Notes: generated by a model from the sequence alone, not told the origin. DNA of 64,000 nucleotides from an uncultured delta proteobacterium (GCA_963769935.1 CAVYNY010000011.1:544001-608000); one strand, 5' to 3'. Positions 51,281 to 61,945 are shown, counted from the stretch's first letter. Program-made: numbers and translations.

Positions 51281-51675
51281 AGGTGTCAGGTTTCAGGTGT
51301 CAGCGCCGCCGCCGGCCAAAACAACGGCCGGTCTGATCATAAAAGAAACTTTTGGAAATCGGACACAGTTGGATTTAATATCACGCCCACTTTCAGGCTT
51401 CGCTCTTCGAGCTACGACCCGACAAGCCGTTAGAGCTCACAGAGACCGCAGAGAACATTTTTCTTTCGCCGCAGGCGCCTGTAAACCCAGACCTCTGTGA
51501 TCTCGGAGCGCTCTGTGTGAGATGTAGTTTCACACGAGGTTTCAGGTGTCAGCCTATGCCGCTGAAGTTTAACCTCCCTGGGAGGGCAGCCGGTTTGATC
51601 GGAAAAGAAACTAATGAACAGCAGAATAATCCGCCTTCGGAACACCTGAAACCCGAAACCTGACACCTGACACCT
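51281..51675. repeat. Composite family C element with (ggtttca/ggtgtca)n arms
   Basis: aggtgtcaggtttcaggtgtcag ... cacctgaaacccgaaacctgacacctgacacct; two internal ccggt.tgatc..aaaagaaact motifs. Confidence 0.88.
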
Positions 51676-51689
51676 TAATCACCGTCCGT

Positions 51690-52322
51690 TTACTTCAAAA
51701 ATTTAGCCAGCGCCTCGCGAATATCCGATTGGACCGCATGCACCGGCCGGGATGCGTCAATGATCTTAAATCGTCTGGGCTCCAGCCGCGCAAGTTCCAG
51801 GTAGCCTTGGCGCACCTTTTCATGAAAATTGATGGCTTCTTCCTCAAAGCGGCTTTCTGTTCCGCAGCGGCTGCCGCTGTCAAGCTCCTGCCAGGCGCGC
51901 GCCAATCCGATGCGGGGTGGAAGGTCCAGCAGAAGGGTCAGGTCCGGCTTAAGATCCTGGAACAGGAGCCGGTGCAGGTCCAATATGAATCGGGTATCCA
52001 GCCCCCGGGCAAAGCCCTGATAAACCACCGTGGCATCAAAATAACGATCACACACAACGATTTTACCTTCCGCCAGACAGGGTTTTATCAATTTGTTAAT
52101 GTGTTGCGCCCGATCCGCCATATACAGGAGCAATTCGGCGGTCGCTACCAGGTCTTTGCTGGCAGGATCCAGCAGGATCGATCTGATTTTTTCCCCGATG
52201 GCCGTGCCGCCGGGTTCACGAGTTACAATATGCGGGTGTCCCTTTTCTTCAAGATAGATGCTCAGCTGCCGGATCTGGGTCGTTTTACCGCAGCCTTCAA
52301 TACCTTCCAGTGAGATGAACAT
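51690..52322 (-). CDS. tmk: Thymidylate kinase
   Basis: LEGIEGCGKTT, TREPGG and CDRY motifs. Confidence 0.97.
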   Translation of the reverse strand: MFISLEGIEGCGKTTQIRQLSIYLEEKGHPHIVTREPGGTAIGEKIRSILLDPASKDLVATAELLLYMADRAQHINKLIKPCLAEGKIVVCDRYFDATVVYQGFARGLDTRFILDLHRLLFQDLKPDLTLLLDLPPRIGLARAWQELDSGSRCGTESRFEEEAINFHEKVRQGYLELARLEPRRFKIIDASRPVHAVQSDIREALAKFLK

Positions 52323-52344
52323 TAAATTCAATCAGCCTTTCGCA

Positions 52345-52515
52345 AATTGTCTGCTGTTGATAGTCAATTGTATGTCAAATGTTGCGGGTTGCATGTTGTT
52401 TCTTCAGTGTTGTTTGTTTCCGTTTTTTTTCGCTCTGCGCTATGCGCTTTGCTCTCTGCCTTTTGCCCTCTGCGCTCCGCGCTATGCTCTCTGCCCTTGG
52501 CTCTCTGCCCTTTCC
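52345..52515. repeat. 7-nt periodic tracts ((tgcgctn)n and others) between surE and tmk
   Basis: tgcgcta tgcgctt tgctctc tgccttt tgccctc tgcgctc cgcgcta tgctctc tgccctt. Confidence 0.85.
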
Positions 52516-52526
52516 AGCTTCCGCAT

Positions 52527-53303
52527 TCATTCGAGCCGCCCAAGCCATTCATCCAACTCCCAATCGGCCAGATTTTCCATGGCGCGATAGTCGGTCATAT
52601 CGCATTTGACCGGGGTTATGGAAATAAAATTTTGGGCCAGCGCCACCCCGTCAATCTGAGGATCATTGCCAAATGACTGCCTGTCTTCGCCCTGCCAATA
52701 ATAGGTGCGATTGCGCGGATCCAGGCGCTTTTCAACATACTCGGACAGCACTTCCACGCCTTGACGGCTGATCCGAACCCCGGCGATTTCTTTCAGCGGG
52801 AGATTCGGCAGGTTCACATTGAGAAAGGTTCCAAACGGAAGCCCTTTCCTATAAACTGTTGCGCTTAATCGTGCAACAAACAAGGCGGCATCATCATAAA
52901 AATCAACTCCGGGCCCGACAATTGAAACGGCAATTCCGATGGTCCCGCACAGAGCCGCCTCCTTGGCGGCTGCAACCGTGCCGGAATAATTTAAATTGGC
53001 ACCCACATTGGCGCCCGGATTAATGCCGGACACCACTACGTCCGGCCGGGTGGGCAGCAATTCCAGAATACCCAGTTTAATGCAGTCTGCCGGCGTACCA
53101 TTGACCGCGTAGCCGCCGTATTCGCCGTTTAGCGAAAACCGGGTTACACGCAGCGGCTGATGGAGTGTGATGGCATGCCCGATGGCACTTCGTTCCCGAT
53201 CCGGGGCCACAACGGACACCTGATGGATTTTAGCAAGGCGGTCATAAAGCGCCCGCAACCCCCGGGCATAGATACCGTCATCATTTGTCAATAGAATGTT
53301 CAT
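52527..53303 (-). CDS. surE: 5'/3'-nucleotidase SurE
   Basis: LLTNDDG, GTPADC, SGINPGAN and YSGTVAAA motifs. Confidence 0.97.
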   Translation of the reverse strand: MNILLTNDDGIYARGLRALYDRLAKIHQVSVVAPDRERSAIGHAITLHQPLRVTRFSLNGEYGGYAVNGTPADCIKLGILELLPTRPDVVVSGINPGANVGANLNYSGTVAAAKEAALCGTIGIAVSIVGPGVDFYDDAALFVARLSATVYRKGLPFGTFLNVNLPNLPLKEIAGVRISRQGVEVLSEYVEKRLDPRNRTYYWQGEDRQSFGNDPQIDGVALAQNFISITPVKCDMTDYRAMENLADWELDEWLGRLE

Positions 53304-53386
53304 TTTAACCAATCATTAACCAATCAATTTTTTCCGTGCGATCTGTGATGGAGTATATATTAATCCAAACATAACGCTTTTCGAAG

Positions 53387-53494
53387 AAATGCCTAAAATT
53401 TCAAACAAGCCTCGATTGTTCAATAAAAATGAATGAGCCCAGCGACACCACCATTTTAGGCATTTTAGGCATTTTAGGCACTTTAGGCACTTTT
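53387..53494. repeat. 9-nt repeat (cattttagg)x~4 with one inverted copy upstream
   Basis: aatgcctaaaat (53388) ... cattttaggcattttaggcattttaggcactttaggcac. Confidence 0.85.
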
Positions 53495-53809
53495 CATTCG
53501 TCCCGAAGAAAGGGTTGCCCCTAAAACCCACATATATACAATGCGCTAAACCATTCGATATAATATAACACAACTATATCTTGACTTTTTTCGTCGACTT
53601 GGATTTATATCTTAAATCCTGATATGATTCAAGTTGCATACTTGCCCTGTCCGGGACAACACGTTTGGATTTTGAATTTTGACCGTTCGAATTTGTTTCG
53701 AACTTCGATTTTAGTCTGTCAGCCGAATCTGAAATCTGCCTGTCAAAGGCGTGAATCAGTTGCCCGGACCTGACTTTTAATCTGAAAACTCTTGGCTGTC
53801 ATACCCTGA

Positions 53810-56254
53810 ATGGTGCAGGACAAATCCATCTTAAAATCCCATATGAAGGGCCGGAGGCCGAACGCCGGGTTCAGGCGGCAGTTGGTATCTCCGATCTGCC
53901 TGTTCATCGCTGCTGCGCTCGGCATCCTGGCCGTTTATCATATGATTTCTCCTTTGCCGGCAGCAGGGCAGATAGGTGCTGATAATAGCCAGACAGAGAA
54001 AATCATCAAGAATCCAAAGATTCCCTGGAACCTGGAAGCCGATGAGATCTTTTATGACCAAAAATACGATGCCTACATCGCCAAAGGCAACGTAATGATA
54101 TCTAAAGCCAATATCAAGCTGCTGGCAGACTTTGTCCGATTCGATCAAAAGAACATGAAGGCCTATGCCGAAGGCAATGTGGTGTTGACCAACGGGCAGG
54201 ACATCCTGAGCGGCACGAGCATGGACATCGACCTGGTAGATCAGGTCGGCACAGTTGAAGACGGATCTCTGTACATCAAGGAAAACAACTATCATATAAC
54301 CGGGGGGGTCATCCAAAAGGTCGGTGAGAAGACTTACACCATCGATGATGCCACCCTGACCACCTGCGATGGTGACAACCCGGATTGGAAGATAACCGGA
54401 AAAAACGTTAAGGTTGACGAGGACGGCAGCGGCTCCGCCCAGCACGCAACCTTATGGGCCAGGCATATGCCGGTTCTGTACACGCCTTACTTTTACTATC
54501 CGGCCCGCAAAGATCGACAATCCGGTTTACTATGGCCCGAAGGCGGCCACTCCGACCGTTTGGGTTGGTTTTACGACCAGCCTTTTTTCTGGGCTATCGA
54601 CAAAAGTTCGGATGCCACGTTTTACGGGCAGTACATGTCCGAACGCGGTACGAAAGGGGGTCTGGAATACCGTTATGATCTGGACGATTGGTCCAAAGGG
54701 GCCTGGCAGCTCGATGGTTTTATCGACAGCAAAACCGACGATGGCGGCGAGTCCAGCAAACAATGGGGATTTGAAGACGGCACCCAGGATATCCTGCGCA
54801 AAAACCAGGATCGCTACTGGCTGCGGGGAAGCCATCATCAACAATTGCCCTACGACTTCCGGGCCGTGCTGGATATCGACATTGTCAGCGACCAGGATTA
54901 TACCCGTGAATTTCAAGACGGCTATATGGGCTGGTCGCAATCAAAGGCCTATTTTGAGGAGGTTTTCCATCGCAACCTCAACGACTACAATGACCCGATC
55001 CGAACCAACCGCTTGAATTTCAACCGGCTGTGGCCCAATTATACCTTCAATGCGGAATTGCGCTACGATCTGGACAGCAATATTCGCAACAGCCACCAAC
55101 CCGATCTGACCCTGGAACAGCTTCCGCTCATCCAGTTTGACGCCATCAAACAGCGTATCTCCGCATCCCCCTTTTTTTACAACATGAATTCGCAGTATAT
55201 TTATTACTGGAGTGTGGACGGACAGCGAACCCAGCGAATCGATGCCTATCCGCGGTTTTATCTGCCCTTCAAGCTCAAGTCTTATCTCACACTCGAGCCG
55301 TCGATAGGGCTGCGCGGAACCGCCTGGCGCCTGGATAAAAAAGAATTCGGACCGCAAGACAATCAACAATATTACACTCGCGGCCTTTACGACACGCGTC
55401 TGGATCTCTTTTCGGAAATGTTCAAGATATTCCGCTTGGAAGGCAAAACGTTCGATGCTATCAAACACACCCTCCGACCCCGCATCATTTATGAATATAT
55501 TCCGGACATCGATCAGACAAACCTGCCGAATTTTGACGCCATCGATAGCAATGTTAGCGCCATTGATCGCATTGAAAAGCAGAATCTTATCACCTACTCC
55601 CTGACCAATACCCTGACATCCAAAACCAGAAAAAAGGGCAGCTTTGAAATTTCCCGCGTCGTCAACAAAGATGAATCAGCGGTCATCGACTCGCCGGCGC
55701 AATACAATTATAATGATTTTTTCCGCCTTGCGTTGCAGCAAAGTTACGATATAAATGAAGCCAGGAACAATAATCCGGGAAGGCCGTTTTCTCCGCTGAA
55801 CGCCAGGCTGGACCTATATCCGGGAAAATATATTGCGTTGGATGCCACGGCGTTGTGGTCCGTATATGAAAATAAATTTTTATCCCACAACGTTGGGACA
55901 AATATCTGGGACGGACGAGGGGACAAACTGACCATCGATTACCGCTATACCAGGCAGTCCGATGAAATCACTTCAAAAAATGCCCCTTTTATTAATGCAG
56001 TCACTTTAAACAAAGCCCATTCTATTTTTGCAGATTTGGAGCTTAAGGTAACCGACCGGCTCCTGGTTTCGTCACTTTATGAATATAATTTTCTGGATAA
56101 CACCCAGGTCCAATTAGGTTTTGGAATCAATTACAAGGCGAATTGCTGGGCCATTAACGGCCGTATACTCGAAAAGACAAACGTCGATAATACCAGTAAT
56201 TTGAGTTATACATTTCAAATTCAACTTTTCGGGTTGGGTCAGTTCGGAATCTAA
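53810..56254 (+). CDS. lptD: LPS assembly protein LptD (start uncertain)
   Basis: LEADEI jellyroll, TTCDGDNPDW, PVLYTPY..P..RQSGLL motifs and C-terminal barrel. Confidence 0.92.
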   Translation: MVQDKSILKSHMKGRRPNAGFRRQLVSPICLFIAAALGILAVYHMISPLPAAGQIGADNSQTEKIIKNPKIPWNLEADEIFYDQKYDAYIAKGNVMISKANIKLLADFVRFDQKNMKAYAEGNVVLTNGQDILSGTSMDIDLVDQVGTVEDGSLYIKENNYHITGGVIQKVGEKTYTIDDATLTTCDGDNPDWKITGKNVKVDEDGSGSAQHATLWARHMPVLYTPYFYYPARKDRQSGLLWPEGGHSDRLGWFYDQPFFWAIDKSSDATFYGQYMSERGTKGGLEYRYDLDDWSKGAWQLDGFIDSKTDDGGESSKQWGFEDGTQDILRKNQDRYWLRGSHHQQLPYDFRAVLDIDIVSDQDYTREFQDGYMGWSQSKAYFEEVFHRNLNDYNDPIRTNRLNFNRLWPNYTFNAELRYDLDSNIRNSHQPDLTLEQLPLIQFDAIKQRISASPFFYNMNSQYIYYWSVDGQRTQRIDAYPRFYLPFKLKSYLTLEPSIGLRGTAWRLDKKEFGPQDNQQYYTRGLYDTRLDLFSEMFKIFRLEGKTFDAIKHTLRPRIIYEYIPDIDQTNLPNFDAIDSNVSAIDRIEKQNLITYSLTNTLTSKTRKKGSFEISRVVNKDESAVIDSPAQYNYNDFFRLALQQSYDINEARNNNPGRPFSPLNARLDLYPGKYIALDATALWSVYENKFLSHNVGTNIWDGRGDKLTIDYRYTRQSDEITSKNAPFINAVTLNKAHSIFADLELKVTDRLLVSSLYEYNFLDNTQVQLGFGINYKANCWAINGRILEKTNVDNTSNLSYTFQIQLFGLGQFGI

Positions 56255-56258
56255 TTTT

Positions 56259-56322
56259 TGGATGCTGGATGCTTGGATGCTGGATGCTGGATACTGGATA
56301 TTCAATCTTCAATCTTCAATCT
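56259..56322. repeat. (ggatgct)n fused to (ttcaatc)n
   Basis: ggatgctggatgcttggatgctggatgctggatactggatattcaatcttcaatcttcaatc. Confidence 0.9.
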
Positions 56323-56342
56323 GTCGATAAGGTAATATCTAA

Positions 56343-56870
56343 ATGAATGATCGCAGGCTTGAGCCTCTGTGGTACGTATTGCACACCAAAAGTCGTCACG
56401 AGAAAGTTGTCACCGACGGTTTGCTGAAAAAATCAATCGAGGTTTATCTTCCCCTGGTGACGGTGCGCAGCAAACGAAAAGACCGCCGGGTGATGATCCG
56501 GGTGCCCCTTTTTCCGGGTTATATATTTGTCAAAACGGACCTGCACCCCAACTCTCATCTGGAAGTGGTTAAGACCGTCGGCGCGGTGCGTTTGATCGGC
56601 AGCAACCACGGACCGGTACCCGTGCCGGATGAAACCGTAAGCTCTCTGCAAATTATGGTGGAAAGCAATCATGCCGTGACAACCGGGAATCAATTAAAAT
56701 CAGGGGATCGCGTGATGGTGGTATACGGGCCTTTTGCAGGCGTTGTCGGGACCTTCGTTCGCTATGGAGGCAAAGGACGCGTCATTGTCAATATCGAGGC
56801 ACTCGGTCAGTACGCCGGGGTTGAGGTGAATGAGGAAGATATAGAAATTATTCCGAAAATATTATCATAA
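56343..56870 (+). CDS. NusG paralogue (UpxY/RfaH-type antiterminator)
   Basis: WYVLHTKSRHEK, PLFPGYIFV and KOW GDRV.V..GPFAG motifs. Confidence 0.9.
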   Translation: MNDRRLEPLWYVLHTKSRHEKVVTDGLLKKSIEVYLPLVTVRSKRKDRRVMIRVPLFPGYIFVKTDLHPNSHLEVVKTVGAVRLIGSNHGPVPVPDETVSSLQIMVESNHAVTTGNQLKSGDRVMVVYGPFAGVVGTFVRYGGKGRVIVNIEALGQYAGVEVNEEDIEIIPKILS

Positions 56871-56949
56871 CTGCTTGACATTTAATTATGTTTCGGGCTA
56901 TAAATTTCTAATATACTAATGAATACCTGTTGTTTAAGAAGGAGGGCTT

Positions 56950-57225
56950 ATGAATAAACTGGAGCTAATCTCCGCCCTGAAAACCGAAGCGGATATTTCA
57001 AAAGCGGAAGCGGCAAAAGTGGTCCAGATATTTTTCGATAACATGGCGGATGCCATGGCCCGGGGAGAGCGCGTCGAAATCAGGGGTCTGTGCAGCTTTT
57101 TTGTGAAAGAATACAAGAGCTACACCGGCAGAAACCCCAAAACCGGGGACAAAGTAACTATAAAACCTAAAAGACTTCCATTTTTCAAATCGGGAAAAGA
57201 ATTGAAAGATCGGGTAGACTACTGA
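56950..57225 (+). CDS. ihfB: Integration host factor beta / HU family protein
   Basis: ERVEIRG and GRNPKTG motifs; TTGACA-18 nt-TATAAA promoter at 56875-56904. Confidence 0.85.
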   Translation: MNKLELISALKTEADISKAEAAKVVQIFFDNMADAMARGERVEIRGLCSFFVKEYKSYTGRNPKTGDKVTIKPKRLPFFKSGKELKDRVDY

Positions 57226-57228
57226 TTT

Positions 57229-58275
57229 GTGCCTGGATTTGATTCAATAATAGGTCAAGATCGTCCTAAAAGAATCCTAACCGCCTTCCTTCAGAAAGGG
57301 ACCTTCCCACACGCCCTTCTTTTCACCGGAATAGAAGGGGTTGGAAAAAAAAGCGCGGCAGTTGCATTCGCCATGGCGTGCAACTGCGCCGGAAACCGTT
57401 CACTTTTCAATCCCGCGGGGGAGGACAGCCGAACAAGCAATCCTACTGACGTCGTCGCCCGGTCATCAACCGTTCTGCCCTGCGGGACCTGCAAACCATG
57501 CCGTAAAATCGAATCCGATTCCCATCCGGACATCATCCGGATACAGCCCGCCGGTTCATTCATCAAAATCGATCAGATTCGGTCACTTTGTCAAACGCTG
57601 GCCATGAAACCTTACGAGGCAAAGGTGCGGGTGGTGATCATCTCCGACGCCCAGGCGCTGAATCCTGCCGCCGGCAATGCCCTGTTGAAAATGCTTGAAG
57701 AACCGCCGGCCGGTACCGTATTGATACTCGCGGCCTCCCATACATCGGACTTGCTGCCGACAATCGTGTCCCGCTGCCAGCAAATCCGTTTCTACCCGAT
57801 TCCGCGAAAATATATGGTATCCGTGTTGGTACGTGAACATGGCGTGGACCCCAGGGAAGCTCAAATCATCGCCGCCATGGCCGGCGGAAGTCTATCCCGC
57901 GCGGTGCAGATGCATCAGACCAATTGGATAAACCGCAGAAACTGGCTGATTAAGGAGTCCGAGGCAATATCAATTGGATCTGCGAATCGCCTGCTGGCTT
58001 TTGGAGACCGGTTGTCAAAGGATAAAGAAAGCCTGCCCGAGGCGCTGGAGGTGATAAAGTCCTGGCTGCGGGACCTGATGGTTGCCAAGCTTAATCCGAA
58101 GAACATCATCAACCAGGATCTGGCCGCCACACTGCAGCAGACTTCTCGCAAAATGACGCTGTCATCGTTGCTGTCAAAATTTGAAGCAATTCAATCTACC
58201 GAAAATGCCATCAAAGCCGGCACCAATATAAGGTTGGCAATGGAATCCATGGTCCTGAAATTGTCTCGCATTTGA
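57229..58275 (+). CDS. holB: DNA polymerase III delta' subunit
   Basis: HALLFTG, CGTCKPC, HPD, NALLKMLEEPP and TIVSRCQ motifs. Confidence 0.95.
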   Translation: MPGFDSIIGQDRPKRILTAFLQKGTFPHALLFTGIEGVGKKSAAVAFAMACNCAGNRSLFNPAGEDSRTSNPTDVVARSSTVLPCGTCKPCRKIESDSHPDIIRIQPAGSFIKIDQIRSLCQTLAMKPYEAKVRVVIISDAQALNPAAGNALLKMLEEPPAGTVLILAASHTSDLLPTIVSRCQQIRFYPIPRKYMVSVLVREHGVDPREAQIIAAMAGGSLSRAVQMHQTNWINRRNWLIKESEAISIGSANRLLAFGDRLSKDKESLPEALEVIKSWLRDLMVAKLNPKNIINQDLAATLQQTSRKMTLSSLLSKFEAIQSTENAIKAGTNIRLAMESMVLKLSRI

Positions 58276-58289
58276 GCCGATTCCCCGGC

Positions 58290-58581
58290 CGCTGAAACCT
58301 CATATGAAGCCGCCATGCATTAGGATGTCAGCCCGTCCGCCGGCCGCGAGCGTCCAGTCTGATCAGATAAAAAACTTTATAACTGGGAAGAAAAAGAGGA
58401 ATGGATTCTTCTTTTAAAGAAAATAATTGGACAGGATCAACAGGATCGTTAGGATAATGCGGCCTTCGGCCGAAAGGCCCCTCGCCGCAGGCGAAAAAAT
58501 TTCTGACAATCCTGTTAATCCTGTCTAAATAAAAATAAAAATCGAATCCATTCCACATACCTTCATTGAAGTTTCACAGGG
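58290..58581. repeat. Composite family C element with nested (acaggatNa) inverted arms
   Basis: ctgaaacctcatatgaa; ccagtctgatcagataaaaaact; gacaggatcaacaggat...atcctgttaatcctgtc. Confidence 0.8.
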
Positions 58582-58799
58582 GCCGGGCCGCTGTTTTCAG
58601 GCTCCGAAAAATTTTTTGTTGATGTTGTCGGCAATGAATCCTATATTTGATTTCGACAGCGCATGCTTGGAGACGAAATTCTTTCCGATTCATAAGGATT
58701 GACAACCCTGATTTTCCGCATTTGTAACTATAGCCTTTGCGAGTGTCTCGTATAAGTTTCTTTACCGGGGGATAGTTCTGGAAAAAGCGCGAGGAGATA

Positions 58800-59597
58800 A
58801 TGAATAAAAAAGTTGGCATTAGATTTAAATCCACCGGCAAGGTGTATGATTTTGACTGCGGCGCTTTCGTGCTGAAGCCCGGCGACCAAGTAATTGTAGA
58901 AACCGAACAGGGACTCGGTCTCGGCGCAGTGGCGGTGGCACCGTTGGAATACGAGGCCAACCCGTCGGATCGACCTCTAAAAAAAGTTTACCGCCTGGCA
59001 CAGCCGAAAGATTTCGAGCTGCTCAATAAAAACCTGGCCGAAGAAAAAACAGCTCACAGTTATTGTGTTAACTGCATTAAGGAATTGGGGCTGAAAATGA
59101 ATCTTTTTTCGGTGGAAAAATCTTTCGACGGCAATAAATACACATTTTTTTTCACTTCCGAAGGACGGATTGACTTTCGGCAACTGGTAAAAATGCTGGT
59201 CAAAGAACTGGGGGCCCGCATTGAAATGCGCCAGGTCGGCATCCGCAACCAGGCTAAAATGTGCGGCGGTATGGGCCGGTGCGGCCGGGAACTGTGCTGT
59301 GCCGCTTTTCTGGATAAATTCGAACCGGTGTCTATCCGCATGGCCAAAGAGCAGAGCCTGTCGCTAAACCCCACAAAAATCTCGGGCCAGTGCGGACGCT
59401 TGATGTGCTGCTTGACCTATGAGTTTGAAACCTATCAGGATCTGAAAAAAAAAATGCCCAGAATCGGAAAATCCGTAACGACCACCAACGGCAAAGGCAA
59501 AGTGATTCGTCACAATGCGATTTGTGACCGGATAACCGTTCGGTTGGAAGACGGTATGGAAATCGAAACCGCGGTCAATCAACTCATAAAGGATTAA
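58800..59597 (+). CDS. ricT: PSP1-domain protein RicT/YaaT
   Basis: GRIDFRQLV, GRCGRELCC and KISGQCGRLMCCL motifs. Confidence 0.93.
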   Translation: MNKKVGIRFKSTGKVYDFDCGAFVLKPGDQVIVETEQGLGLGAVAVAPLEYEANPSDRPLKKVYRLAQPKDFELLNKNLAEEKTAHSYCVNCIKELGLKMNLFSVEKSFDGNKYTFFFTSEGRIDFRQLVKMLVKELGARIEMRQVGIRNQAKMCGGMGRCGRELCCAAFLDKFEPVSIRMAKEQSLSLNPTKISGQCGRLMCCLTYEFETYQDLKKKMPRIGKSVTTTNGKGKVIRHNAICDRITVRLEDGMEIETAVNQLIKD

Positions 59598-59600
59598 AAA

Positions 59601-61523
59601 ATGTCCAGGCCCTTTTATATCACCACCCCGATTTACTATGTCAATGCCCGTCCGCATCTGGGACATGCCTACACCACCATCGTGGCCGATGTGGCGACGC
59701 GTTTCCATACCATGCGCGGTTGCGAGGTTTATTTTTTAACCGGCACCGACGAACATGGCGACAAGGTTGTGCGCGCTGCAAAAAAAGAGAATATGACGCC
59801 CAGAAATTACGTGGACACTATCAGCCAGCTTTTTCGTGATCTTTGGCCGGAATTGAACGTCAACAACAGTGGCTTTATCCGAACCACGGATGCCCCCCAC
59901 ATGGCCGTCGTAGAACAGGTGCTGCAGAAAATCTATGATGCCGGCGATATCTATTTTTCCGAGTACGAAGGGCTATATTGTTTTGGATGCGAGCGCTTCT
60001 ACACCGAACGCGAGCTGGTGGACGGAAAATGTCCGGATCATGAAACCGAACCGGAAGTGATTAAGGAATCCAACTACTTCTTTAAAATGAGCCGGTATCA
60101 GGATTGGTTGGTGGAGCATATCAACAATACACCGGATTTCATCCGCCCTGAAAGATATAAAAACGAGGCACTGGCTTTTCTAAAAGAGCCCCTGGAAGAT
60201 CTGTGTATTTCCAGGCCCAAATCCCGGTTGAAATGGGGCATTACCCTGCCTTTTGACGGCGACTATGTCACCTATGTCTGGTTTGATGCTCTGTTAAACT
60301 ACGTCTCCGCCCTGGGGTATCCGGATGGTGAGCTGTTCAAAACTTTCTGGCCGGAGGCCCAGCACATTGTGGCCAAGGATATCCTTAAACCCCACGGCAT
60401 TTATTGGCCGATCATGCTCAAGGCCGCCGGCATTCCGATCTACCGCCACCTGAATGTTCACGGGTATTGGAATGTCGAGCAAAGCAAAATGTCAAAAAGC
60501 CTCGGCAATGTCGTTGAGCCCCTGGCGCTTAAAAATATTTATGGCCTGGATGCGTTTCGCTTTTTTCTGATTCGGGACATGACATTCGGCCTGGATTCAA
60601 GTTTCAGTGAGGAGTCCCTGATTCAGCGCATCAATGCGGATCTGGCCAATGACCTCGGCAATTTGTTTTCCAGGGTCCTGTCGATGGTGCATAAATATTT
60701 CGAGGGCGTTGTTCCGGAGATTGATCCGGCGGTGGAGCAGGAATGCGAACTCGGTCTGGAAGCAGACGCCCAAAGCGCAATTGCCGAGTATGAACCCCTG
60801 ATGGAATCATTTCAGTTTCACAATGCCCTGCGGGCTGTGTGGCAATTTATCAGCCGCATGAACAAATACGTGGACGTCACGGCTCCCTGGGAGTTGGCCA
60901 AGAAAAAATCAAGCCGCAAATCATTGGCGGTAGTCCTTCACAATCTGCTGGAAGGACTCAGAATTATTTCCGGCCTGATCTATCCGGTGATGCCGGAGAC
61001 TGCCGCCAAAATGCAAAAACATCTCGGATTAAATCCGGACGAGCCATTCTATTTGCTTGATCGGCTCAAATCCTGGAAAGCCATTCAACCCGGCACCCAT
61101 CTGCCGAAGTCCACGGTCCTTTTTCCACGGATCGAACCGGTTGACAACAAAGATGCCCAGGCGGCTAAACAGGAAATACCGGCCCAATACCCTGAGATTA
61201 AACCGGAGATCACAATTGAGCAATTCAGCGCGGTCGACCTGAGAGTGGCAACCGTGGTTCAGGCGGAGACAATCCCCCGAGCCAATAAAATTCTTAAACT
61301 CGAAGTCGATCTGGGGCAAAAACGGATTATCGTGGCGGGCATCGCCGGTACCTATACCCCCGCAGAACTGGTCGGCAAACAGGTGATTGTGGTGGCCAAC
61401 TTAAAGCCGGTCAAACTGATGGGGATTGTCTCCAACGGCATGTTGGTTGCGGCTGTCGGTGATGCCGGCCCCACCCTGGCAACCCTGGACAAACCGGTGG
61501 CGCCCGGAACACCGCTTAGGTGA
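59601..61523 (+). CDS. metG: Methionyl-tRNA synthetase with C-terminal tRNA-binding domain
   Basis: TTPIYYVN, HLGH, GTDEHG, YVWFDAL and KMSKS motifs. Confidence 0.98.
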   Translation: MSRPFYITTPIYYVNARPHLGHAYTTIVADVATRFHTMRGCEVYFLTGTDEHGDKVVRAAKKENMTPRNYVDTISQLFRDLWPELNVNNSGFIRTTDAPHMAVVEQVLQKIYDAGDIYFSEYEGLYCFGCERFYTERELVDGKCPDHETEPEVIKESNYFFKMSRYQDWLVEHINNTPDFIRPERYKNEALAFLKEPLEDLCISRPKSRLKWGITLPFDGDYVTYVWFDALLNYVSALGYPDGELFKTFWPEAQHIVAKDILKPHGIYWPIMLKAAGIPIYRHLNVHGYWNVEQSKMSKSLGNVVEPLALKNIYGLDAFRFFLIRDMTFGLDSSFSEESLIQRINADLANDLGNLFSRVLSMVHKYFEGVVPEIDPAVEQECELGLEADAQSAIAEYEPLMESFQFHNALRAVWQFISRMNKYVDVTAPWELAKKKSSRKSLAVVLHNLLEGLRIISGLIYPVMPETAAKMQKHLGLNPDEPFYLLDRLKSWKAIQPGTHLPKSTVLFPRIEPVDNKDAQAAKQEIPAQYPEIKPEITIEQFSAVDLRVATVVQAETIPRANKILKLEVDLGQKRIIVAGIAGTYTPAELVGKQVIVVANLKPVKLMGIVSNGMLVAAVGDAGPTLATLDKPVAPGTPLR

Positions 61524-61593
61524 ATAAGAATTTCGTTGAGGTGCATTGGAACGACGGGAGCACACTGGGAACAATGGTGTATCGGAATATCGT

Positions 61594-61926
61594 AAATTCC
61601 AAATCACAAATAACAAATATCAAACAAATCACAATGATCAAAATTCGAAATTCGGTCCGCCATCATACAAAAGCTCAGAGCCGCCCGCAGCACATCGGGT
61701 ACATCGGACTTGAGCACACAACGAACGTCTCACTGTAGATAATTTCGTAGCGCGCTAATTGTGTTTGGGTCATTGAATATTGGAATTTGAGATTTGCCTG
61801 CCCTGTTAAATGGGTTCGCGGCATAAGTTGTCAGTCTGATCTTTATTCCTAAAAACGCAGAACGCCGCACCATTAATTGCATTATTTAACAGGGTAAATA
61901 ATTTGGTGCTTGTATTTTGGGATTTT
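61594..61926. repeat. Family A element copy 3 with nested palindromic insert (61801-61898)
   Basis: aaattccaaatcacaaat... / ...atttggtgcttgtattttgggatttt. Confidence 0.85.
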
Positions 61927-61945
61927 GTGTCGCTTTTAACTTATT

